Positions 49,681 through 62,734 of a stretch of 64,000 nucleotides of DNA are shown piece after piece. Source of the DNA: Hypanus sabinus (Eukaryota); NCBI RefSeq assembly GCF_030144855.1, contig NC_082722.1, positions 20,460,001-20,524,000 on the forward strand, in the 5' to 3' direction. A program made the translations under genes and the position numbers. Within the stretch, counting starts at the first letter, position 1; each line of letters opens with the position of its first letter. Under the pieces are notes generated by a model, which saw nothing but the letters and a program-made list of their open reading frames with translations, made no database searches and was not told the DNA's origin.

Positions 49681-52600
49681 ACGGACCTGGATGAATTTTA
49701 AGTGATTTTTTTTTAAACTAATGAGAGACAGTTTAGTTTCACCTTTCAAATGATTCGAGATGTCCAATACACATATGCGACCGCGGCAGAAAATATCTCT
49801 TCCAGCAAATAAGTTTTCTGCAGACGGGTGGGGAGTGCGCGCCTGGTCTTGATCTTCAGAGAGTCCTTTTGTCGGCACATAAAAACCAAAGTGACAGTAC
49901 TGTGATTAATTCCCCATGAACCACTATCTGTTCTCCATTAGTCAATTCTTCGTGGCATCTAGGAATGGAACAGTGACTGGGACTGATCACTAAACACTTA
50001 AAAGTAAGCTGGCTGAAAGTATTACCTCACTTGAGCACTTCTGAGATAGTCGTGACTGCTCTTAGGCGACAATCAATTAAGACTGCACATGTATCATTAA
50101 TTTTAAATGCTTTGGACATAATTCCTGTATCTCTATATTTTCACTAACATAGATTTGTTCAGTGTTAACTGGCGTGAAAAAAAAACACAGGACAGTATAA
50201 GAAAATCTGTGTTTTTGTTAGTAATTAATTTTTCGTTTTATGAATTCACATCCTTGAATATTTCTGATAATGTTAGAAAAATAAAGATGTTTCCATTTGT
50301 TAAACACAGCTCTCGTTAGGTCTGCGGTTGACCAAAAATCTAGTTTTGTAATTTGTGAGACTCTTTTGTCCGCTCCACGAGATAATCCATAAAAACGTCG
50401 CATTTGTAAACACAACTAACTTTATTGGAAACATATTTTCAAATGTTTTGAACAATGTCTTTCTCTTGCAGAACAGCACAGGAACAGGCCATGCGACCCA
50501 CAGTGCCGTGCCAAACCAGCTGAAAAGCAAATCAAAACACACAAACACTAATCACACACACATAACCCATTTTACTCCTTGAATCTATATAACTCTCCAA
50601 ATGTCTATTAAAAGCCTCCATTGTACTTGCCGCTACCACCATACCAGGCAGGTCATGGCAGGTATCCACAACACTCTAACTAAAAGACTTGCCCCTCACA
50701 GCCCCCTTGAATCTACTCCGTGTCACCGTCAATATATTTCCTCTGGGATTAGACATTTACATTCTGGGTAACAGATGCTCTCAGTAGACCCTATCTATGC
50801 CTCTCATAATCTTGTAAATCTCTGTCAGATCTCCCCTAGCCTCCGATGCACCAAAGAAAACAACCCAAGTTTATCCAGCCTCTCGTGATAGCATAAATAT
50901 TTCAACTGAATTTTCATTATTATTGGTAAAATAATTGAGACCTGTGTTGTAGTTAATCCGACTGCAAAAATAAAGCTATTGGGAAGAATTGACTGGAATA
51001 TCCAAACACACTAGGCTCCATCGGTGGAGAGCGAAATCGCGTTTACACTTCAAGTTGATAGTTTTTCAACTCGGACATTATCAGCAATGTCTTGCATTTT
51101 CCTCTCTTCAGAGAAGGTTTGGTCTAGGACTCCAAATCTTTTCTGCTTAACATCGGCTTGCAAACTTTGATAGCACTCGATTCCATTAATTGCCCTTCTT
51201 TCCATGAACGATCGAACTAGATATGAGCTGAACACGTGGATACATGACTTTTTTTCCCCTTTCATTTGCCTGTAAATGAATCGCGGAAATATTTTGGTTT
51301 AAAGACAACTCTCAACGTTGTCTCATCATGCCAGTTTTCTACCTGCTCCTTATCCCATTAAAACAGTTTTTAATATAAGATGGTCGAGTGTAGCACAAGT
51401 TTAAGAAATGCGGCAAAGTTGTCTGTCGCGACATGGTGTCAATTCAAAATAAATGTTTAAAAAATCAAAATAAATCTCAATAAATCTCACACGTCACAGC
51501 ACATTCGTGTGCCGATTCAAAAGCCTCTTTCCTACAGCATCTTCTTCTGATTTTACCTTCTCTAAGGATCAATTCCTGCTAGTAACGTACATCTAATACC
51601 CGGCGCTCCTGCATTTATTGCGAATGGAAGTCTTTGTAACAATTTGTCACTTGATTTTTGCGAGACCGTATGAATGACAAATCAATCCGGTTAAGTGAAG
51701 GGACAGGCCTTTCAACTAAATCTCAGATGTATTTTCCAACTCGTCTTAGTCTGGAACACGTTAAAGACATCAAATAACAATCTAATACTCAGTGACTCGG
51801 AACACATAATATATTGTGTAATCTCCGAATTCTGATATGATTTACACCATCATCACTCTGGAAGATTTAGTCTAATACACTTAAAAGTTATACCAAATTC
51901 CCCAGCGCTACATTATCCGGATCAGCGGAAATCATCGTCCATTTTTAAACAGCTTTTCATTTAAGTAAGCAGAAAGCAAAATGTGCCACCCCCACCCCCA
52001 AGATCATGTTTCCATTGCCTTTTATTGTGCAAAGTAAGTTGTTCACTATTCAGTGGTCTCATAAAATGATTCCGAAATAAATTATCAGCTATTTATTTGT
52101 TCTTACAAATATTGTTATGTGCAGTTATCTCCAGAATGAACATGTTGGAGAATCAGGCCGTATAGTCGCCGCAGCACAGTTTCAGAGATATTGAAATGAC
52201 AGAGGCAGGCTTTCAAAAATAAATCTTATTTTATACTTATTGCCCTTCTTTTAAACGCAATCGAGCTGTCTGCAAAATACATTTTTCAGAGAGGCTTAGA
52301 CTTTGACCACAGACTTTCCGTGATGTCACCTACAGACGCGCGAGTCCATTTCTATTCTCAGAGTGCGTCTTATTTTCTATAAACGCGAAGTATTATTACT
52401 TTCTTGTTGAACCGCCACGTTAATTAAAACCTCTATTACGGACATCTTTATGTAGAAAACTTGCACATGCTCGCATGCAAACATTCGCATTTATAAATTA
52501 CAAACAGTAAGTAAGCATAAGTCCACATTGAGAGCATTTGAATGTCACATCAGAATGGCACATAAGAATATAATCTGATGGTATTGCACGTGGGCAGTGG

Positions 52601-54224
52601 AAATAGATAAGGAACACACCCAGGCACGCACGACCAACGTATTTAAGTATATTAATACGTTAACTTAAATACTTGGATTCATGATTCACTGAACTTGGGT
52701 CTGCAGATATCCAATTCCTTGCAAGTATTCTGAGCATTCAATAGTCAATTGTCAGCAAGTTAAACCATTAGTCTATTTATCTGTTTTGTTTGTTCACTTA
52801 ATATCTAATGAATATGGAACATTAATCTCTTTTACATACCACACTATAATCCATAAAGCTCCTGATCTCCGCAGGTTTAAATGATCCGCGAGATGATTAT
52901 GCCATTTCGAAAAACATTCAACTGCTGAGTCAAATAGCATGAAACGATGGCTAGGTGGTGCTGCCAGATACAGATTCTGGAGGGCGATAATCAAAAACAC
53001 TACGGCTATCAGTGCTGGAATCCAACAAATAAAGGTGAGGGACAAAGAGAGCCATTACATGAGAAGTGAAAGGCAGATGAAACCAGGGGCTAATTGGGGA
53101 CAGGAGAATTATTTGTGTCAAATGCATGTGGGGTGAATGTATGGAACTAAGAGGGGGAGCTAACGAGCACGTGTGCGTAGGAGCTCAGGTAAGTGTAAAT
53201 AGGGTTTAACCTACAACAGCAAACTCAGTGTGTAATTTCGTGGTTTGCAGAATGTACAAATGGAATATGAGGCCAGATATAAGCTACAAAATGCTAATCC
53301 TGTTTAAAAAGGGCTTGGAGTATGGCTGTAAAGACACGCCATGCTGCAGGAAGGTACACTGACTTGCTTTAGCCACACTTGTAAATTATTTTGAACATTT
53401 TCCTGGAAGGAGTACATCGAAGTCTCTCTAAATTGCAGCATCTATGGAGAAAAGTGGAAGGTCGCCTTTTCTGGACTAGAGTTGACCAGGACTGGAAATA
53501 AAGAGGAGAATTATCCAGAATTAAAATGTTGTGAAACAGTTGGAGAAAGATTTGAAGAGTAATAGGTGGAGCCAGGTGAGAAAGTGATTGGCAGTTAAAG
53601 GGGCGAGATTCAGTGTGATCCATCAGGCTGTTCGTGATAGGTGGAAGCAAGAAAGACTGAAGAAGTCAGACTATTTAACCAGTGGGGAATTGAATTCGTT
53701 TACACGTGTGAACAAACAACTTTCAATCATGCGACTTATTACAGGTGCACCCAGCATTTCATATGATGCTTCCCACGTCAATAGCCCACGTATAAATATT
53801 CAGTATGTTAATTGCATGTATATTCCAAGATCACGAGTTTCGAACGGTAGAGTGCACATTTTTGACTACTCAAAACAGTTTAGACACTACCATAATGCTT
53901 CGTTTTTTTCAGCTTTCTCCTAAATCGCTATGATTACAATTTTCAGTGCTTTATTCGTCATTTTGCATGCTCACGAATAACATGAGAGCTTAATGGCTCT
54001 AAGATCCTCCCCCTCGATCATGGAGGATCTAATCATATTTTCAGTCCACGCTTCCTTTTTCGACTGCAGCTGATATCAGTATGCTGAATTCCTGCATTAT
54101 TTTGGGTATGTTGCTTGGATGCCCAGCATCTGCACATTTTCTCTTGTTCATATCCATATTCGGCAGTTTTATATTGCCACTATTCAGTTGCGTTCTAAAA
54201 AATCTCCAGCGATTGATTGTTATG

Positions 54225-55060
54225 AGTCAAGTCAAGTTAAGTAAATTTTTATTGTAATTTCGCAGAAAAACAAAACGTTTCTAAGGACCATAGTGCTACA
54301 TGAAACGATACAAAAACTACACTGAACTACATAAAAACAACACATAAAAAAACTGCACTAGAACACAGATCTACCTGGACTGCATAAAGTGCACAAAACA
54401 GTGCAGGCATAACAAAAAATAATAAACAAGTCAATAGGCACAGTGGAGGACATATAATTGGTGTCAGTCCAGACTCTGGGTATTGAAGAGTCTGGTGGCT
54501 TGGGGGAAGAAACAGTTACATAGTCTGGCTGTGACAGCCTGACTGCTTCGGTACCTTTTCCTAGATGGCAGGATGAAGTGTTTGTATGAGGGATACGTGG
54601 CGTCCTTCATTATGCTGTTTGCTTTGTGGATGCAGCGTGTAGTGAAAATGTCTGTAATAGCCGACGGAGAGACCCCGACGATCTTCTCAGCTGACCTCAC
54701 TATCCGCTGCAGGGTCTTGTGATCCGAGATGGAGCAATTTCCAAACCAGGCAGTGATGCAACTGCTCAGCATTCTCTCAATACAAACCCTGTAGAATGTG
54801 ATGAGGTTGGGGGTTGGAGAATGAACTTTCCTGAGCCTTCACAGAATGTGGAGACGCTGCTGGGCTTTTTTTGCTATGGAGCTGGTGTGGAGGTACAAGG
54901 GGAGATTCTCCGCCAGGTGAAAACCAAAAAAACTTGGTGCTCTTAAGTATCTCTACCGAGGAGCCGTCGATGATTAGTGGAGACTGGTAACAACCATCTC
55001 TTTTGTTTTGTTCACATTCAGAGACAGGTTGTTGTCTCCGCTTCCCCTGTCATTGGTCTC
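54225..55060 (-). mobile_element. Rex1/Babar-type LINE 3' fragment
   Basis: ORF 54464-54772 SCITAWFGNC..TLQRIVRSAEKI..FTTRCIHKA..KRYRS (RT C-terminal, DUF1891-like); (caagt)n tail. Confidence 0.9.
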
Positions 55061-55119
55061 GTGTTAATAATAATTACATCACATTTTTAATTAAGAAAGG
55101 TTCAAAAAGCTAGGTAATG

Positions 55120-58100
55120 TTGGAGATATAGAAAAATTGAGGCTAGCAGGAAGAAGCTTAGGAATGAAATTCGGGGAGCCAGAAGAGGCCATGAGAAGGC
55201 CTTAGAGAGCAGTTTTAAAGAAAATCCCAAGGCATTCTACAGGTATGTGAAGAGCAAGAGGATAAGGTGTGAGAGAATAGGACCAAACAATTGTGACAGT
55301 GGAAAAGGGTGTATGAAACCAGAGGAAATGGGAGAGGTACGTAATGAATACTTTGCTTCAGTATTCACTACCGAAAAGGATCTTGGGGATTGTAGGGATG
55401 ACGTACAACCAATTTAAAAGCTTGACCATATAAACATTAAGGAAGAGGATATGCTGGAGCTTTTCGACAGCATAAAGTTGGATAAGTCTTCGGAACCGGG
55501 CGAGACAGGTTCCAGAGGATTAAAGAGTTGCAGATGTTGTTCCCTTTGTTAAATGCCCCGTGGATATCCTGTGACTGTCTTATGACCATGATGCAATTGA
55601 GAATCATGTGGGCATGACGTGATTGCCCTGTGACGGTGATGTTGAAGAAAAATGTAAACTTAGGTAGAGGGATAGGTAAATGGGGAAATGGATTAAGGGC
55701 AATGATTAGCTTATGATCAATTTTTTGATAGGTGACTATGTTACTGAGCAGTCAGAAAGAAACTCTTGCCAGCCACTGGTGTCGCACTAGGCATTGTTCT
55801 CCAAAAGTGCTAAGCATAACTAAATATGGGTATAGAATTATTAAAGGCGTATCTCAGGGTATAACTAAATATGGGACAGTACGTTCGTGAGAAGGAGGAA
55901 GTGTCAGCGAGAGGTACCAATATGAGGAACTTAGGTTGTATTCAGGCTAGACTTGGGAGAACTAATTATAACTAACCAATAATGATTTAACATCGAATTG
56001 CATATTAACGTGTGATCGAAACTATTATAAAATTGCCTTAACTCGCGTAATTGTAAGTTTACTGTGATTAATATTATAAATTGGGCAGAATTGAAAATCG
56101 GGGCGGAATGCCTGGACTATCTCCTTGATTAGTATGTGATTTCCCCATTGTATGCTATGAATGAAAGTGAAGTTTGATGAAGTATCACTTGTTTTATGCT
56201 TTATTGACCTTTTGCTACCTTCTCTTATTGCATTGTGTCGATCCGTCTTTGACAGTGGGGTGATGTAATTTACCCGCCAGGGTGAGGTCACATGATGTAA
56301 TTTCCCGCCGATGTGATGTCAGGAGATGGGATGTTCCAACAGGTATATAAGGGGAACCTCCTGTCGTCACACGGTTAGTTCGTTGTTTAGCTTGTTAGTA
56401 AGTTTTGCTGCGTATTCGTCTCATGATGCAGTTTCGTTTTAAAGTGGAGCTTTTACTTTCTATTGTAAGGAGCAAAACCATTGTGCCGGCAGTTTCGCCA
56501 ATCGCTGCCAGCATGTTTGTTTAAACATTGTTTTACCTCTACAGTCTAGTATTGGATAGTGGAGTCATTTCCAAAGTACGGGAACCAGAAGGATTGAGTA
56601 AAGATGGTGTCATACGCCGGTTTTGTAAAGGATCGACCTTATTGAATCTTCGTTCAGGAGTAGTGGCCTGCATTTGAAATAACCAGTGGAAGATCAGGAA
56701 GGATTCTGGATTGTTCACCCTCCAGCAAACAGGTCAGTTCATTAAGCCATTTTATTTCCTTCGTCGTGAATCATTTGGACAAGGCATCTCTCGGCTAGAA
56801 GCAGCATTATTGTCACGTCTTCGAAGATATCAGTTTTCAGGGAAGTGTCTCTTTACCGACTTTATAAATTACTTGGCCTTTCAAATTTACCATTTAAAGA
56901 CTGTCGTCGAAATTACCACTTTAAGAACTATTCCAGAGGTTCGCTACTTGTTAAATTGCCGTGTAGCAGTTAACTTCTGGTTAAGTGAGTCATTTGTTTA
57001 CATTTCACGTTTCTTGACAAGAATGTAATAAATGTTTATGTTTGTTTATATAACCTGACTCAATTCTATATTCATTGGTACCGACCGCATAACACTTTAT
57101 TCAAAAAAATTGAGTAGAGATAGCCCAGGAAATTACAGACCAGTGAGTCTTACGTCAGTGGTTGGTAAGTTGTTGGAAAAGATCCTGAGAGGCAGGATTT
57201 ATGAAAATTTGGAGAGGCATCATATAATTAGCAATAACCAGCATGGCTTTGTCAAAGCAGGTCATGCTCTTAGAGCCTGATTGAATTTTTTGAGAATGTG
57301 ACTAAACAGTTTGATAAAGGTAGAACATTAGATGTATGTATATAGATCTCAGCAAGGCACTTGCCAAGGTATCCCATGCAAGGCTTATTGACAAAGTAAG
57401 GATGCACGGGTTCCAAGGGGACCTTGCTTTGAGAATCTAGAATTGGCTTGCCCACAGAAGGCAAAGTGTGCCTGTAGACGGGTCATATACTACATGGAGG
57501 TCGGTGACCAGTAGGGTACTTCAGGGATCTGTTCTGGTATCCCTTCTCTTCGTTATTTTTATAAATGACCTCGATGAGTAAGTGGAGGGATGGGTTAATA
57601 CATTTGCTGATTGCAAGAATTTTGATGTTTTGTGGATAGTGTGCAGACAATCAGAGGTTGCAGGGACTTAAAATAGGATGCAAAACTGGGCTGAGATGTG
57701 GCAGATGCAGTTCAACACAGATAAGTGAGAAGTGGGCCATTTTGGCAGCTCACATAGGATAGCAGAGTACACTATTAATGGTAAGATTATTGGAAGTATA
57801 GAGGATCAGAGGGATCTTGGGGTCCAAGTCCATTTGTTGCACAGGTTAGCTCTATTGTGAAGAAGGCATATGGTGCATTGGCCTTCATCAGCCATGGGAT
57901 TGATTGTAAGAACTGAGTGGTAATATTACAGCTATATAGGACCCAGATCTGACCCCACTTGGAGTACTGTGTTTCATTTCTGGTCATATCACTACAGGAA
58001 GGATGTGGAAACAATAGAAAAGTAGCAGAGGAGAGTTACAAGGCTGCTGTCTGTATTGCAGAGCATGCCTTATGAGAATATGTTGAGTGAACTGGGCCTT

Positions 58101-58490
58101 TTCTCCTTGGAGCGGCTTAGGATGAGAGATAACCTGATAGAGGCGTATAAGTTGATGAGAGGCATCATTGGATCATGTGGACAGTCAGAAGCTTTTTTCC
58201 CAGGGTTGAAATGGCTAACACGAGAGAGCACAGTTTTAACTGTAGGTACAGAGCGGATGTCAGGGTTATGTTTTTTTTAGACAGACAGTGGAATGGGTTG
58301 CTGGTGATAGTAGTGGACTCCGATAGAATAGGCTCCTTCAACAGTCTCCTAACATAGTTGGGTACAAGTAGCTTAGAAAAATATAGGACTCTGGATAACC
58401 TTATATAATTTCTATAGTAAATACATGTTCGGCACAGCACTGTGGGCTGAATCATCTGTATTGTGCTGCAGATTTCTTATGTTTCTATCT
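55120..58490 (+). mobile_element. CR1 LINE interrupted by a solo LTR; paralog of 19466-22090
   Basis: KENPKAFYRYVKSKR at about 55220; RT motifs at 57100-58100; tail at about 58478. Confidence 0.9.
55547..57094 (+). mobile_element. Solo LTR of about 1548 bp
   Basis: TGTTA..TAACA termini flanked by ctt/ctt (a 4-bp TSD would be imperfect). TATA-like gtatataa at about 56343; aataaa at about 57027; internal repeats ataactaaatatggg and tgatgtaattt.ccgcc each twice. Removing it restores the CR1 sequence. Confidence 0.88.
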
Positions 58491-61400
58491 TTGCGTTCCT
58501 CCTGTTTGATTTTTATGTTATTTTGTCAGAGTGGTGCATTGGCACCGGCCAACCTGCCAGGTCATTAGTGTAAAACTGTTTTTATTGAAACAGATGGACT
58601 CCTCGGGTAGACTAAACGGAAGCTAGAGGGAAACATAGTTCTCTGAAATTAATTTATGGATGACAGCTATGAGCTGTTCGATCTATTCCAGTGTTTGACA
58701 GGGTTTTATATCAACCCTGGGAGTTACTAAGTATACGATACGTTATGTTACCTGTTGAATGCAAAGCTCTGCGGCTGTCTAAATCTCCTTTGCACGCATT
58801 CTATAGATTCCACATCCTTCCCGTAGTGAGGTGACCAGAACTGAGCACACTGCTCCAAGTGGGGTCTGACCAGGTTCCTGTATAGCTGTAATATTACCTC
58901 TCCGCTCTTGAACTCAAGAGCACGATTGATGTAGGCCAATGCACCGTATGTTTTCCTAATCACAGAGTCGACCGGCGCAGTTGAAAAAGATAGAAGTTTT
59001 AAGATTAGCTTTACGTGTCTCCTATGCATCGAAATATCCAGAAAAATAGTGTCAAAATCAAATCACCGAGGATATGCTGGGCAGACTGCCAGTCTTGCTA
59101 CGTATCTGGCTCTACGATAGCATGTCAATAAATCATCAACCTTAACTGTAGGTCTCTAAAATATGGGTGGACACCGCATCTCCCGGATGAAACATAGGAG
59201 TCGGCGGGGAGAACATACAAACTCCTTACAGACGGCGTCGGGATTCGAGCCCTCCTCTTACAACTGGAACTTTAAAGCATTCTGGTAATCGGTAAACTAA
59301 TGTGTTCCCGCAAAAGAAAATTTAAAGAAAGTCATAAGGTGCATCCTACTCAACTGTTGCTTCAGAATATACTCTGCCTGAGAATCGTGAGTAGATGAAG
59401 TAAATTGAGAAGTAGCACCAAAGACCGAGGAATTCCTCTGTGACAGGCAGTATCACCACTTCGTTAGATCAGAGAGGTGGTCAGTACTGATACAGCTGCC
59501 TATACTTGCATGGATAAATACAACTTCCTGTACCATTTAATTAGCTTATATTTACAAAATATATGATTACTCTTGGCAAGAATCAATTTCACTGGGCAAT
59601 CAATCTGCAATGAGAGCTAGGAAGCAAAGTGCATTGTTAGCCGTAATCTATATAATAGCTCCAAGATGTGCATACCCATTCAAACGAGACCGATGGTTTT
59701 GAACAAGGTAGAATATACAGCAATTTCTATAAATAGTGGAACACTGTGGCCGAAGCAGGTGATTTTGATGGGTGCCCCATTTTCAGTGGCGAGGGGAGAG
59801 GGGTGAGAATAAAACACTACCAAGAGAGGTCGAAGGGTCATTCAGTGGTTGCGTCGGCTGGTGGTTAACAGGGTGGACTGCCAGAACATTAACAGAGAGA
59901 AGCTGGAGAGGAACAGCATCGATGGTGGTAAATATGTTGGGCTGAAAAGGTAAAAGAAGGATCTGTCCGGAGCAGCTGAACACGTATTGCTTCCCAGGCA
60001 GTATATAACTATGCTTTGTTCGTTTACCAACGGAAAAAGAATATCACGATCCCACTCCAAAATCTAGGTCGCAAATTCACAGTAGAAATTAATGAAATAT
60101 TTTTTCCAGTCAACAAACACACGAATGTAACACAATTAGACGATTCTCGGAGAGAATCTGAATTGCATCTGTTCACCTGGACTTATAGAACCGCGTTTCT
60201 TCATCAATATGGAATAATCATTTCGGATTTGTATGTTCTTTAAAAACAGCCACAAAGCACTGTGAGATGAAGAGTCAACCCATTAGAATCTATGCATGTG
60301 AAGGAAGGAAATGAAGCAACGTGGTTCTGTAAAGAAAGGTGTGTCTGTTGGGTAATGCGGAAACGCACATGAATAGCAACCACCGGTATTGAGTTGGGAT
60401 TCATTTTAAGAGGCAAGTATGTGACAACGTTATTAAACGAAGTTGTTATTACCGTGCTTTGTATTCAACGTCTGAGTTCAATAAATGAGATGTTACGATT
60501 TTTCTTACATATAAAACGCCACCGACACTTTTGTTTGAGAAAATCTACATAGGTGACTCTGATGATCTGAGACGATTCCAGGTTGATTGAACATGTCAGC
60601 TAACGCATTTGCTTTGAAACTGCCGGAGTTCTGGCAAAATGCCATTGCTTGATTGCAACAAGTCGAGGCACTGCGAGAAATATTCACCGACGACAACAAG
60701 TTCTACTATGAGCTTGCGTTACTCAGCAACACCACGGCTGCGAGAGAGGGGGGTCTACCAATACACGTCTAAATGTGATCAACAACGATCGCTCAAAACT
60801 CAGTTTTTACAGACTTTTGTATCAACTGAATGATGTCGCGCCAAAATATTGTTCTCCATGCCCGTCCTTTGGGATGCTAAGCCGTTTGAGCTCATGGACC
60901 ACTTGCTGTCTCTCCTAGGAAATCAGCAATATTGCTTCATTTTGAAAAAAAAATCTTCATGCAGCAAATTCATGAACAAGTTCGAATACCAGTGGCTGAT
61001 ACACCCGTGAATGATCATAGGGAGGTTGCCAAAATGGCTGGTGGTCTACACTCAGTCAACGAGAATTGCATCAGTCCTCCCCCTTTTCCCTGCTTCAATA
61101 ATCTCGGTCTGCAAGGCTTCCAACAAATGAATGGCCGCGGTGCGAAACAGATAAAGACAGGTCTGTGCTTTTACCTCGCTCGCTTTGGAACGCACGATAG
61201 AAATGGCGTACAATTTTACAACTTCGACTGTGCCAGCGCATCGGGATATCAGAAGTCTGTGAACAGCGTGGGCTCCAGCTCCCGGGAAAGTCCACTGTTC
61301 GTTACGGACACCCTTTCATGGCGACGCTGCCTGTGCGACACGGCTGCTCGAATGTGTCTGCTGGCAGCATTGCCTATTGACGAAAAGGCAAAGATTTCCG

Positions 61401-61693
61401 CTACAGATTTCCGGTAATTCCAGGGACTGTTAGTCGATCTTAAGAACTGCCGGCTTGTGGATGGCAGGGATTTGGGTTATTACCCTGCTTTCCTAGTAAG
61501 TTCCCTATAACGATTCTGTCAAGCACATGCACCAACGCAAGTGAGTTTATCAATTACTGAATCGACTACCATTTTCCAAACCTCACCAAACCCACAAGCT
61601 CTATTATCTCCACAAATTCGATTCAGTTTTGATCGAAGGGCGACTGCGAATGAGCGTGGAAATTAGCGAGTTAGACCGGCAAGAAGACTTTAA

Positions 61694-62730
61694 CCCTTAC
61701 ATTCTGTTCAGATTTTATACTTTTCCAGTAGGGGCAGGGTCACTGTTGATCCTGTCCGAAGAATCCACAAGTGTCTATACCAAATTTTGAGCCACTGATC
61801 TATTTAGAACTTCAAAAGAGCCTATCAGTGTGATTAAAAAGTGTGATTACTTTAATTAAGATACCGGTGATGAGGGTCAGTGTATTTTTTAGGTTTTACA
61901 CCACTCATCTTTGAAGAAGAAACATATACTGTCACACAATATAATGTCCTATTTTACCTAAGACATGTAAACATAACAGCCATACATAATTAAATATATG
62001 TTACGGAAAAAAATAGCAAAAATTTTCTGGAACTGTGGGGTTTATTATGGAATCATTATTACATAACCATTTGTATCCATTACAACCAGCAAACACTGTC
62101 CTCACTGCTATATCATAAGAAAGTCCTACTAACTACTAACTATAGCTATTAACTATTAATTCATCTTTAAATTACGTTTAACCAACAAACTAAACAAAAA
62201 AGTAGTCGCAATTTGCAGACTAGTCTTTGCATTCAAAGCAGTAGTTGGAAACCGTGCGTCTGTGGCACATGCATAGGAGTCTATCACATTTGCTGCACGT
62301 AGTGAATGTTTTGCAGTGCTCTTTTGCAGTTTTCTCCCTCTGTTTTGGTCTCTTGTTGAACTTGTTGAGCAGGGCCAGATTAACATTGTTGCACTGCCCT
62401 TACCACTGCTGCTGAGAATGCTGCGCAGTGAAGGTGTTCTCGCCTTTGCAAAGAAGGAGTCACAGGGTCGTTTCCAAGTTCCTATAAAAAGAGCTTCCTC
62501 CAGTTCCTTTTGCTTGTCAGTCCAGATAGGACTCAGGTCACTCCAGATGACAAAGGCATTGTATGTGGAAATGTCAATGATGTTATGGAATATAGCTGGT
62601 GGCTAGCGCACTTCTCTTCTCTTGCAGCTCTATGTGCCTGTGACTTTGTCAAGGTTGTCAACCACCCCCCCCCACCTTTTATTGCCATAGTAGTCCAGGA
62701 TGATGGCAGTTTTACTGTCCCCTTGATGGA
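61694..62730 (-). mobile_element. piggyBac deletion derivative
   Basis: TTAA at 61690-61693 followed by ccctt, and TTAA at 62731-62734. The minus strand of about 62400-62720 reads, across frameshifts, like AIILDY..GGVVDNLDKVTGTYSC..IFHNIIDISTYNAFVIW (PGBD transposase C-terminal part). Confidence 0.85.
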
Positions 62731-62734
62731 TTAA

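Noticed and set aside
50499-50540. CACAGTG heptamer upstream of gene B as a possible RSS
   Set aside because: No ACAAAAACC-like nonamer at 12- or 23-bp spacing, and it is not adjacent to any V, D or J segment.
52794-53136. Hydrophobic minus-strand ORF (IPALIAVVFLIIAL) and overlapping plus-strand ORF as a possible third TM exon or gene
   Set aside because: An acceptor-like site exists, but there is no matching donor, no basic stop-transfer cluster and no similarity to the two TM exons.
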